NCBI GenBank assembly: GCA_050575255.1 | Contig: JBNZDD010013577.1 | Coordinates: forward strand, 88,228-152,227 | DNA from: Harriotta raleighana | Taxonomy: Eukaryota | DNA length: 64,000 bases | Direction: 5' to 3' | Part shown: positions 1 to 9,927 of the stretch, in pieces | Layout: each line of letters opens with the position of its first letter | Numbering within the stretch: position 1 is the stretch's first letter | Notes under the pieces: model-generated | The model's input: the letters and a program-made list of their open reading frames with translations, nothing else | Databases searched by the model: none | Told to the model about the DNA's origin: nothing | Made by a program: the position numbers and the translations under genes

Positions 1-1084
1 TGGAATTTAAACACGTATGGAGTGTAAGAGGAGGTAAAGGATACAACTTCACAGTCTCAAGTTTTCATTAAAAATTGCGAAGAGTGTGACTACATCTAAT
101 CTGAGAGATTGTCTCCATGTTATCAGCCCAAGAATACCAGAGAGAAAAAACAGTTACAAGCGTTTTTTGCCTGATCTAAGCACAAATTGATGCCACTCCA
201 CACCTGAGCTCCACACCTCTTTGCCTTCTGTTTTATTTCCCCATTTGTACAATTTTTCTGTCATAAAATAAGTACATAAGAAACACCTTCCTGGCAGTCG
301 AATGCACATATGACCCAAACTACCTACACGCTATATCTCATAATGTTATTTTCTGTCCCTTCAATTTTTTCTTTTTCCCTCCCTCTTCAATTGTTCAAAT
401 TTCCTTTCCTTTCTCACCCTGGCAAATATTGTACCATTGTCCGAATTCTCCGCCTAAAAAACATCCCAAAGCTTACAAGTTGCACTGGCCACAAATTGAT
501 GGCCACATTTGCCAAAATAACAACTTTTATATTAAATTCATGTTTGTGAGATATCGTTATGAACAAATTATCAAGTTCACCTACAAAATACAGTCATTGC
601 AGTTTACAGTATATCCTGTGAAGTGCTTTGAAATGTTCTGCTGACTTGAAAGGCACTATACTAAAAGGGAGGATTATTTACTTTTTATTTTTTTCAGATC
701 ATTATCCCCTTTTTGATTGAGTCATTAATTAGGTTCCGGCTGCCTTGTGATTTCAATGGATATTCAGGGACCAGGACTATTTCAAAGAAATGCAGAGTTT
801 TTCTCCCTGTTAACCTTGGTTCATGTTCTCCATCTGAATTTAAATCAATTGGCTAGGCATCTCATTGTTGTATGGGTGCATTCGCTGGGAAAGATTAGCT
901 GATTTCCTTAATAACATTACCTCTATTCCTAATTAATCCATTTTTTTAAAAACTGCTTTAAGATATTTACTTTATGTGAATGACCATAAGTAGATGGGTT
1001 CTGCTAACTCGTTTTTTGAGGTAGAGGTGGAGCTGGAATGAGGTAGCGGTGGAGCTGGAATCACGAGGAATTTGGAGGAGTGTT

Positions 1085-1155
1085 CAGTGTGTTGGCAGTG
1101 TGTAACGTGCTGTGTTTGCAGTGTGTAAGGTGCTGTGTTTGCAGTTTCAGTGCTG
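1085..1155. repeat. Short minisatellite, about 22-bp unit, about 3 copies
   Basis: gtgctgtgtttgcagtgtgtaa-type units. Confidence 0.6.
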
Positions 1156-1994
1156 CGAAGACCATAGTAACATTCATTAAACGCGCACTTGTATTTTTCC
1201 CTTTCATAAAGCAAGGTCTGGTATTTGCTTAGGCTGTTTTGCAGCTGCAATGGGGTTTAGTCCAAAAACAGCACAGTGTTGATCTAAACCTCATTCTTGT
1301 GTGAGCGCTGACTTTAGAAGGTATTGTTCCCTTTTATGAGCACCAAGTAACAAAGCTGATCCTAGCACAGCAACCCACACCCCACCCCCCTCACCAGCCA
1401 AATGGCTTGTGGGTTTCACTGACTAGCTCTGCAGTGGAAATCTTTACAACAGTGTATTTATAGAAAAAAAACGCAACCATCCTGCAGGCCTTATTAATTA
1501 ATTAATGGTCCATGTTAACACCAGGATAAGATAAACATGTAATGAAAGGGTAGCACATGCTTAGTATAACTTCACTGGACCTGGTGCAGGATTGATGTAT
1601 TAGGTTGGTTTTAAAATAAGTATTAAAGTCAAGCTTTAATTCTTTTAAAATAAATATATATTTTACCTCCTTTCTGCAGCTTGGCACAGTTGATAGCTCT
1701 TTCTAGTACAAGGTCAGATAGTTTTCTAAATATATTTTGAAAGGTCAGGAATCAGAAGCTGGTGAGGCACTGCATTAATAATAATAATACAGTAATAATC
1801 ATCCTTGCATTTGATATAACGCCTTATCAGACCGTTGAGCTGCCTCAAAGTCCTTCTCAGACTATACTGTAACGTGTGGTGACTGTATTTTGTGGGCAAA
1901 AATGTCTGTGGAAGTATTGTATGACTTGGGGAAAAGCTGGTATATGGCTGAGGAAGTGTTGCGCAGGTGGTGAAGTATGGATTTATACACTTGC

Positions 1995-2085
1995 CAATCA
2001 CATGGTTAGTCTCCGGGAGGCAGATCACTTGATTCAACCTTGGTCCATTCCTGTGCTTTTGAAAGGTATCGATAGACTCGGATAC
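1995..2085 (-). CDS. WD40 gene coding exon 6 (VSESIDTFQKHRNGPRLNQVICLPETNHVI)
   Basis: Acceptor ccgattgcag| in phase 0 after exon 5; the likely donor is non-canonical TTG|GCAAGT, so the 3' boundary is uncertain. Confidence 0.65.
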
Positions 2086-5000
2086 CTGCAATCGGTTTGA
2101 TAGTGAAAGATAATATCACTGAGAGAGTCCATGAAAGGCAAATTTCATAAGTACAGTATCTACTGTGGATCTATGCCAGTTTGACAGAGGGGACAAAGCT
2201 ATTCTCTCTCTGACAGGCAGAGAAGAATATAGTCCGACAGCAGCATTAACAACAGCAAACAACAAAATGACATTTATTGAGACTCACAATTTCTCCAGAA
2301 CTCGGATCAAACAGAGTGGGGACTCTAACCCCACTGCAGATCCAGATGACGTTCACACATGGCACAAAGCACAGGCTACTGACTGTTCCTGGCAGGTGGT
2401 GTAACTTCTGGATCAGCTGTCCGTCCTGCGACCAGACTTTTATGGCTCTGTCAAAGGAACCGGTCACCAGTCTGTTGAATTCAGAGGAATTTGTTACAAG
2501 ATGGCAAACCACTCAGTGCCAGCCACTGCAAGTGAACAGTCTCCCTAACTGCTCTGGGGGCAGGTCATCTGTCACAGGGGATTTATTTTGTTTTTAGCTC
2601 CTTAAGGTTATCCAGAAGCTCAGCCTCAATCACGACAAAGCTATAGAGCTCAAACAATGTTTGCTAGATGTTGGGGGGTAATGATTTTGTTTGCTCCCTG
2701 GTACAAAAACTCCGGGAAGCAGTCTTTTAATGTTTGCTCTCTCCCAATCATTCTTTTTTTCAAACACTTTTATGTCCTTTAGGGTTTTATTATCTTTCCT
2801 GACGACAGTTTAATAGCAGTTATAATACTGGAATACAGTTTTTAGCATGATGTTTTTCATTTGTTGATAAGTTCCTTTGTAGCGCACCGAGATGCTGCCC
2901 CGTGTGAAGGGCGTTACATAAATGCAAATTGCTGGTGTCGTTTACAGTTCTCTCTTGACTCTGTCACTGTTCGTACTTCGTCAAAAAAAACATTGAATTG
3001 TAATATTGTCTTGTTATATCTCGAGCAACTCTCCACTAATAACCCCTAACACCAACTCCAAGGTACACCTACCCTTGCTTAATCCAGAAGTGACTGACCT
3101 GACCAGCTGATAAGTTGTGGGTCACTCACACTCACCGTGTGCTCTCGTGCTCCTGTACAAGCAGTAGACATGTGATGCCAGCCTCGTGGGCGCTGGCGTT
3201 GCAGTACACCACCTGAAGAGGTTTGTTGCTCGGGTTAGAACTGGTTTCATAAACGACCAGCTTCTTGTCGTACCTTTTCAATGGAGAACAGATGTGATAA
3301 GAATAATCCTTGCATTTGATATCGCACTTTTCAAGTCTTCTAGCTGTCTCAAAGTGCTTCACAGAATAAACTGTAAAGTGAATTGTCTGTAATATTTTGT
3401 GAGCAAAATGCGGCAGCCAATCGTGCACAGCAGTGACCCACAAACAATCATGGATTGAAATGACATTTTTTTTATTATTAGGCATGTGGAGTAAGGAAAC
3501 TTGCCCAAGATTGCACTGTGCCTGAAATTGAAACCAGGTCTCTCGCTTGTAAGGCGAATGCTTTAATCACTGTATTACAGGACTCCACTGTATTTGTTCC
3601 TTCAAGTCTCTATCCTTCACTTACCTTCTTGCCTCTTTCAAGTCACGACTAAAGACTTTACTCTTCAACTGTGCATTCGGACACACTCCCACCCCCACTA
3701 CTCTCCATCCCTCCTGGCCCCTCTCCCCTGTCCAACACCATGGGAGATCTTTCTGATGTGAAGGCCACTAACTTCATGTTGTTGCTGTTGTACCTTCATA
3801 TTCCAAACACCAACTGAATGCCGAATGGATGTTCAACCCTGATGACAAATGCTAACTAAACAGCAAATGCCAATTCCCAGTGTCCTGGCCCACAATCGTT
3901 CAGATATATTATTCATTCACAATTCCAATTGTTTGTGGGACCTGATGGGTTTGCCTATAAAAAAGATCACTGCATTTGAATGAATTGCTTCCAAAGTGCT
4001 TTGAGATGGTCTGAGGTGAAAAGATATAAAATGCAAGCTCATTCTTTATAACTGTCTGGATTCCACAGTCTCAAAAGAACACTTATTGTGGCCTTATCCT
4101 ATCCACATCAGTGTGTTATGTATCCTGTTGATGAAATCATGGCTCAGGCTACATTTCACAACAAGTTCAGATCCTAGGTTCATGCTCAAATGCATTAGTG
4201 AGGTCAGAGGTGCTGTCCTTTGTAAGAAATGTCTCAAAGTGCTTAAAGGTGGCGGAGTCTGACACCGAGCCGGTGGAAAGTGGATGTGACAACAACAACA
4301 ACAACAACAACAAAATTACATTTGTATAGCGTCTTTCTCATCGAGAGGACATCCCAAGGCACTAAACGATAAGCACAGTCAAAGAGGAAGGTTTTGAGTC
4401 ATGATCTAAAAAGGGGAATGAGAGAGAAAGGCGAAGGGATCGGGGAAGAGAGTTCCAAAGCTTTGGGAGGCAGTGGTAATAATGATAACATGGTATTAGT
4501 TTAAAAAACAGGGAATAACTCTTGGTTCCCTTTTTGATATTCCTCCCTTATCCAAATTCATCACAGCAGACAATCTAGTCATCATCTCTTTGCTGGTGTG
4601 GGACGTTGCTAATGGGGATCAACTGCTATTCATATCAACATTACACCAGTCACTACCTTTTGAAATAATGCTGCATGAGATATGTTGTTTTGATGAAGTG
4701 CAATATCAAAAGTGTTTCTTGTATTATTATGAGTATTCTCCTGACAATTATCTTGACTATTATCCATGCTGTCCTTTAACTCCTCTCCACAGGTTTCACA
4801 CTATTATTGTGCATTACAGTAGTGCTACAAATTGGGACCGTCATCTAATCTATGATCCATTCAACTCCTCATGAGGATCCCAACATTGTTTTTAGTCAGT
4901 TAGTGTACTTTTGCCAGCCGGGAGACTGACACGTGCAGAAACTTATCACCATGTCTAAGAGTATGCTAAACTGGTGTAGATTTCTATTGAAAGTACTGTC

Positions 5001-7292
5001 TTGGACATTCCAGCAGCCAAATCCCCTGCCCCAGCTCTGGCCCTCAAAGACCTGCCGATTAAGTCAAATTTAGTTTCCTGTGAACAGATCGTGACTAGGT
5101 CTCCCTATGACTCTAGTTTATTCAGACCCAACATATTCATAGAATCATAACATGTTAGTTTGTAATCTTTGACTACATCAAAAATTGTTTGTTAGTAACA
5201 CTTTGAAGCATCAACAGTTTTATTTAGTGCAGTACATACCCAACGGAGTATACGCGTGTGTCCAGGCAGACCACACATGACACAACATCACTATGCCTGT
5301 GATCAGAGAAACTTCTCTGGAGGTCAATCACGTGGCCAGATTCCTTCTTCTCGTCCAAAGGAAAGATTCTCAGATGCTTTTTGAAACCACAGATGATTTG
5401 GTGGCGTCGGTGGCAGATTGCCATACAAAATACAGCAGCATTCAGCTGGGAACACAGGAAGGACTTAATCAAATCAAAATTCACTAAAACCAAGGGAAGG
5501 TTTTAAATCTGTTATCACTTACAGTGATATACTGTAATCAGTTACAGCATGCCCAACACAAATTCCTCTCTGTTACTCTATCACAGCCAATACTGTAATA
5601 ATAATAATCCTTGCATTTGATTTAGCGTCTTTTCACATCTTCTAGATGTCTCGAAGTGCTTCACGGAATATACTGTAAAGTGAATTGACTGTATATTTTG
5701 TTGGCAAAACGCAGCAGCCAATTGTGCACAGCAGTGTCCCACAAACAGCCATGGATTGAAATGACCAATTTTTTTTTTTGAGGGATTATTATTATGCCTG
5801 TGGAATAAGGCATAATAATAATCCCTCAAAACAATCAAACCCAAGTCTATCGCTTGCAAGACAAAGTGTTCTAATCAGTGAGCTGCAGCTGAGCTATTTC
5901 TTCACGTAAATATACTTTCATACCATTCCACACAGCATTTGGGATGTAGTCCTTGCAGTTAACTTAAAAGGAACATGTCTAAGTGAAGTGAAAGTTAGGT
6001 GCAGGTCTTACCACAATCCTGTCAAACACAGTGGCTGCTACGTTCCATATCACTAATGTGCCATCGTTGGATGCTGAGAAGAGGAGCTTGGGTTCAGCCC
6101 AGTACAAGAACTGTGTGATTATGCCATTGTGCACCTGGCACACAGAAGTCATTTTTCCAGTCTCTAAATCCCACCATTTAATAACACCGTCTGAAACGGG
6201 GGAAAAACAGAACTCGGAAATGTACTGACCTGGAAAAGATTTGGCTGCTCCCAAAGTGATGAAAACATGTTATTTCCTCATTTCCCTGAATACATTTATG
6301 TGTCAAATAACTAGCTTTCTTGAACTTCACCTCCAAACTCTCACTGTAAAATAATTCAGCATTCCTTCTTTGCTTGATTTTGATATGTTTAGTTGTTTAA
6401 CCTACGGTGTATATTGTCAAAATATCTACACTTACTCCATTACAACTGACCGTGGCAACAATAACAATAACAAAATTACATTTGTACAGCGCCCTTTCAC
6501 GTCGGGAGGAAGTCTCAAGGCAGTGAACTTTTTTAACACATGAGAAGACACGAGTAAGCAAATGTGGTTTATAATGTACATTTGGGTGGAGGGGAATGGG
6601 AGGGTAGGAATCTTTATCTTTCTGTCTTGTAAACATTTCAACTTAATTAACCTCTGTGTTTCCGGGTCAGTGCACTCTGATCTAATCATCCCAGCTCTGA
6701 CTGTAAGATTATGTTCCCATATTTTGGAAAACTCTCTGGAAAGGTAGAATTGACCTCCCGTGTAGCTTGTCAATTCACTTTCTTAGTTTAGAAATCTTAA
6801 TTGGAAACTCTAGAAATTATGAATATAACCAGAGTCTACCCAGCCTCTAGCTGTCAAAACTGTAAATCAATGAAATGCAGAAGTTCATAGAATCATTCAA
6901 TATTGCAGCACAGAACAAGGCCATTCAGCCTATCGTGCCGGCTCTTTAGAAGAACTATCAAATCAGTCCATCTCCCCCACTCTTTCCCCATATCCCTGCA
7001 AATGTTTCCTTTTCAACTACCTATCCAATTCCCTTTTTAGAAGTTGGTAATTGAATCTTTTACCACCGCCCTTTCAAGCAGCGCAGTCCAGATTGTAAAC
7101 AACTCTCTGTAAAAAAAAAAATCTCTTCATCTGGTTCTTCTGCCAAGTATCTTGATAAGTGGTTAGTGATGGTTTCTCAGATTTCTTACCTTCAAAACCT
7201 GTTAGGAACTCTCTGCGTGCTGTGTGGTAGCCCAAGGCACTCACTGACCGGTTGTGGCAGTCTGCGATTGTCAGGTGTTGCTGCATAGACAT
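1995..7292 (-). CDS. Uncharacterised WD40-repeat protein, 5' part (6 coding exons; gene continues left of the window)
   Basis: Exons 7190-7292, 6012-6190, 5240-5445, 3136-3273, 2288-2471 and 1995-2085 join in one open frame with matching phases (1,0,2,2,0). WD40 signatures include FLTGFEDGVIKWWD, LFSASNDGTLVIWN, VYSVGYDKKLVVYE and LVTGSFDRAIKVWS. Confidence 0.88.
2288..2471 (-). CDS. WD40 gene coding exon 5 (LVTGSFDRAIKVWSQDG...DPSSGEI)
   Basis: Acceptor ttcctctgaattcaacag|, donor ATT|GTGAGT; 184 nt. Confidence 0.88.
3136..3273 (-). CDS. WD40 gene coding exon 4 (YDKKLVVYETSS...AHEAGITCLLLVQEHESTR)
   Basis: Acceptor tgttctccattgaaaag|, donor ACG|GTGAGT; 138 nt; phase fits both neighbours. 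Confidence 0.85.
3297..3586 (-). mobile_element. tRNA-derived SINE (Deu-like core, L2-type tail)
   Basis: Head GGAGTCCTGTA..., core ctgctgtgcacgattggctgccgc, tail aagtgcgatatcaaatgcaaggattatt; ends about 24 nt from a WD40 acceptor. Confidence 0.85.
5240..5445 (-). CDS. WD40 gene coding exon 3 (LNAAVFCMAICH...RVYSVG)
   Basis: Acceptor ttcctgtgttcccag|, donor TGG|GTATGT; 206 nt. Confidence 0.88.
6012..6190 (-). CDS. WD40 gene coding exon 2 (DGVIKWWDLETGK...VFDRIV)
   Basis: Acceptor ttttcccccgtttcag|, donor GTG|GTAAGA; 179 nt. Confidence 0.9.
7190..7292 (-). CDS. WD40 gene coding exon 1 (MSMQQHLTIADCHNRSVSALGYHTARREFLTGFE)
   Basis: ATG at 7292 with an in-frame TGA just upstream; donor AAG|GTAAGA; 103 nt, phase 1. 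Confidence 0.85.
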
Positions 7293-8710
7293 TCCACTCG
7301 ATCACTGTGTTTGCGTCCTGCACCAGTAACTCAACCTCAAACTCTTTGAATCCTCCTTAAACCCGTTAAGAATCACTCAGATAATGGAAGCGTAGCTCTT
7401 GTGTTTCTCCAGTGACTCTATTTCAAATAGAAACCCAACTTTGGATATAATAATAATTCTTTTGAAATAACCTTTTTCACCTTGTCTGGACGTCTCAAAG
7501 CACTTCACAGAGTATAATTTAAACTGAATTGACTGTACATTTTGTGGGTGAAACGCGACAGCCAATTGTGCACAGAGATGTCCTGCAAACAGTTGTAGGT
7601 TGAGTGACCAAACTATTTAGGTCAATTAAGGGATTATTACCTCTGGAAAACCAATCCACTAATCGACTAACAAGTGGGTTCCTACTTACTTTTCGGTAAA
7701 CAGTGGCGTGTAACGTAAGAAAACATGCATAACATTTCGTCCTGACTGGCATTGAACCTGGGTCCTCTGGCTTGCGAGGTGAGTGCTCTAAGCTAAAGGA
7801 CTTTTTATAGAATATATATAAGAGAGCTTTGAAAATGCTGCATGGCAATTCTGGTATTTCAGTGCAGAAGTTGAGTTTGGCAGTTTCCAGGATTGTTCAA
7901 CAACATCCTGATTTGTAGGCATGGAAACAAGACGCTAAATCAACCAAAGTCACCAACCCGTGTCTCACTCTGGGTCTTAGTGCCTTTCCTGTTTCTTAGA
8001 AACAACCGATGTAAAAAACAAGTGCCCACCCACCTCTGTACATAAATTAAATGTTTGAAAGAACATTTCACGCTGGGCCTTATGGTCGGAGAAACCAGGG
8101 ATTAACAAGCATTAACATAAAATGATATACAAAAGAATTTAAGAGGAACTACTTCACCCTGAGGGTAGTGAGTTTGTGGAACTCATTGCCTGAAGTGACA
8201 TTGATGGATTAAAAATGATAGGGCCATGATGCCAGGCCCACACTCGGAATGACCCGAGAAAATATACAGTGAATTCATATTGTAGTGTATTCTGTAAAGC
8301 GCTTTGAGCTGTCTCAAGGACATGATAAGGAATATATCAAATGCAAGGATTATTATTATTATTCAATGGTGCATTGGAATATACTGTACGAGAAATCAGG
8401 ACATTTTCTGAGAGCCCTCATGTTCGGCTACCAAGCACCTCCCACAAAATCGCATCCCTATTTTATCTCACAATCCGAAAGCCTAAAGGCGAGCCAGTCT
8501 GCCACTGGGCCCATTACTTATAAATAGAGCATCTGCAAAGTGTGGTTGAATCAAATAGTGTAGATGCATTTCAGAGAAAGCTAGACCTTCACATGGGGGA
8601 GAGGGAAGAGAAGGTTATGGGAGAAAAGAAGGAATGGGTGAAGACCAGTGTGAAGTATAAAACTGAGTGAGATGTTTTCTGTACTGTACAATCTTTATAA
8701 ATCTATGTTT

Positions 8711-8950
8711 GTCCTGTAGCTCAGTGGTTAGAGCACTCACCTCTCAAGCGAGAGACCTGTATTCGATTCCCAGCAGGGCAAAACCTTGAGCAGGTTTTCT
8801 TACTCCACACACCTTTTGATAATTCCATAAGAAAAAAACCAATAATAAATCGGTCACTTCAATCCACAATTGTTTGTGGGACACTGATGTGTGCAATTGG
8901 CTGCCTGGTTTCTCCCCCAAATACAGAGTCAATTCACTTCACAGTATTTT
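8711..8950 (+). mobile_element. tRNA-derived SINE (5' and core)
   Basis: gtcctgTAGCTCAGTGGttagagcactc (A box) ... attcgattccc (B box). Confidence 0.85.
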
Positions 8951-9864
8951 TGCCTTTCACTTCGGAAGGACGTCTCAAGGCGCTGTACAGTAAAGTAGGG
9001 ATCAGAGCAGGGGGGAGGGAAGGGTCAGGGGAAGGTAAGTAGGTAAAATTGACTGTATATTTGTGGGCGAAAATGTGGCAGCCAAAAGCGCACNATTCGA
9101 TTCCCAGCAGGGCAAAACCTCGAGCAGGTTTTCTTACTCCACACACCTGATGATAATTCCATAAGAAAAAAAACAATAATAAATCGGTCACTTCAATCCA
9201 CAATTGTTTGTGGGACACTGATGTGTGCAATTGGCTGCCTGGTTTCTCCCCCAAATACAGAGTCAATTCACTTCACAGTATTTTTGCCTTTCACTTCGGA
9301 AGGACGTCTCAAGGCGCTGTACAGTAAAGTAGGGATCAGAGCAGGGGGGAGGGAAGGGTCAGGGGAAGGTAAGTAGGTAAAATTGACTGTATATTTGTGG
9401 GCGAAAATGTGGCAGCCAAAAGCGCACAGCAGTGTCCCAGAAACAGTCATGGAAGTGCAGTTAGGGGAGAAAGGGGGTAAAGGTGTCAAGGGGAGCAGTT
9501 GAGGTAGGGGGAAGGACAATAGGAAAAAACAACTGTGTATTTGTAGGCGAAAATAATGATATTGCAATAATGATATTGCAATAATCCTTGCAATATCAAA
9601 TGCAAGGATTATTATTATAATTATATTTAGACTTGTGTGTCCTAAACGTCGAATCTCTGAACCTGTGCCTGCCACCAGGAGGGAAGAAAAACACTTTCCC
9701 AGTGTTTGCCCACGTGCAGTGAGATTTATTATTGGAGGCTGTTTGCTCGGGCTGCTCTCAACGTGTACAGTTCCTCTGATAACGTCACTGCACTGTTTGC
9801 CCTGTGTTGCAAAGCACATCACAACTAATACATCTGTATTTGTAGGCTGCACGACTTTCCAACC

Positions 9865-9927
9865 ATGCTGGGTGATCACTGCGTCCAAGTGAAGCACTTT
9901 TATCAATCAACGGAGAAAATTACAAAG
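9865..9927 (+). CDS. Candidate first coding exon of a long RGS14 isoform (MLGDHCVQVKHFYQSTEKITK)
   Basis: aaccATG start, strong donor AAG|GTAAGA, phase 0, in non-repeat sequence; no homology support. Confidence 0.35.

Noticed and set aside
972-1250. 92-aa minus-strand ORF as the next WD40 exon
   Set aside because: It has no WD40 features, overlaps a minisatellite and shows no convincing phase-1 acceptor.
8711-8785. tRNA-like sequence with A and B boxes
   Set aside because: It continues directly into the SINE body and recurs in many decayed copies, so it is a SINE head rather than a tRNA gene.
8761-9423. Apparent tandem duplication of about 330 bp, producing twin ORFs (MTLYLGEKPG...)
   Set aside because: The near-identical copies are separated by a single N (9094), typical of unmerged overlapping contig ends or haplotypes, and the content is SINE.
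9268-9906. 212-aa minus-strand ORF
   Set aside because: It runs through SINE and low-complexity sequence with no domain signature.
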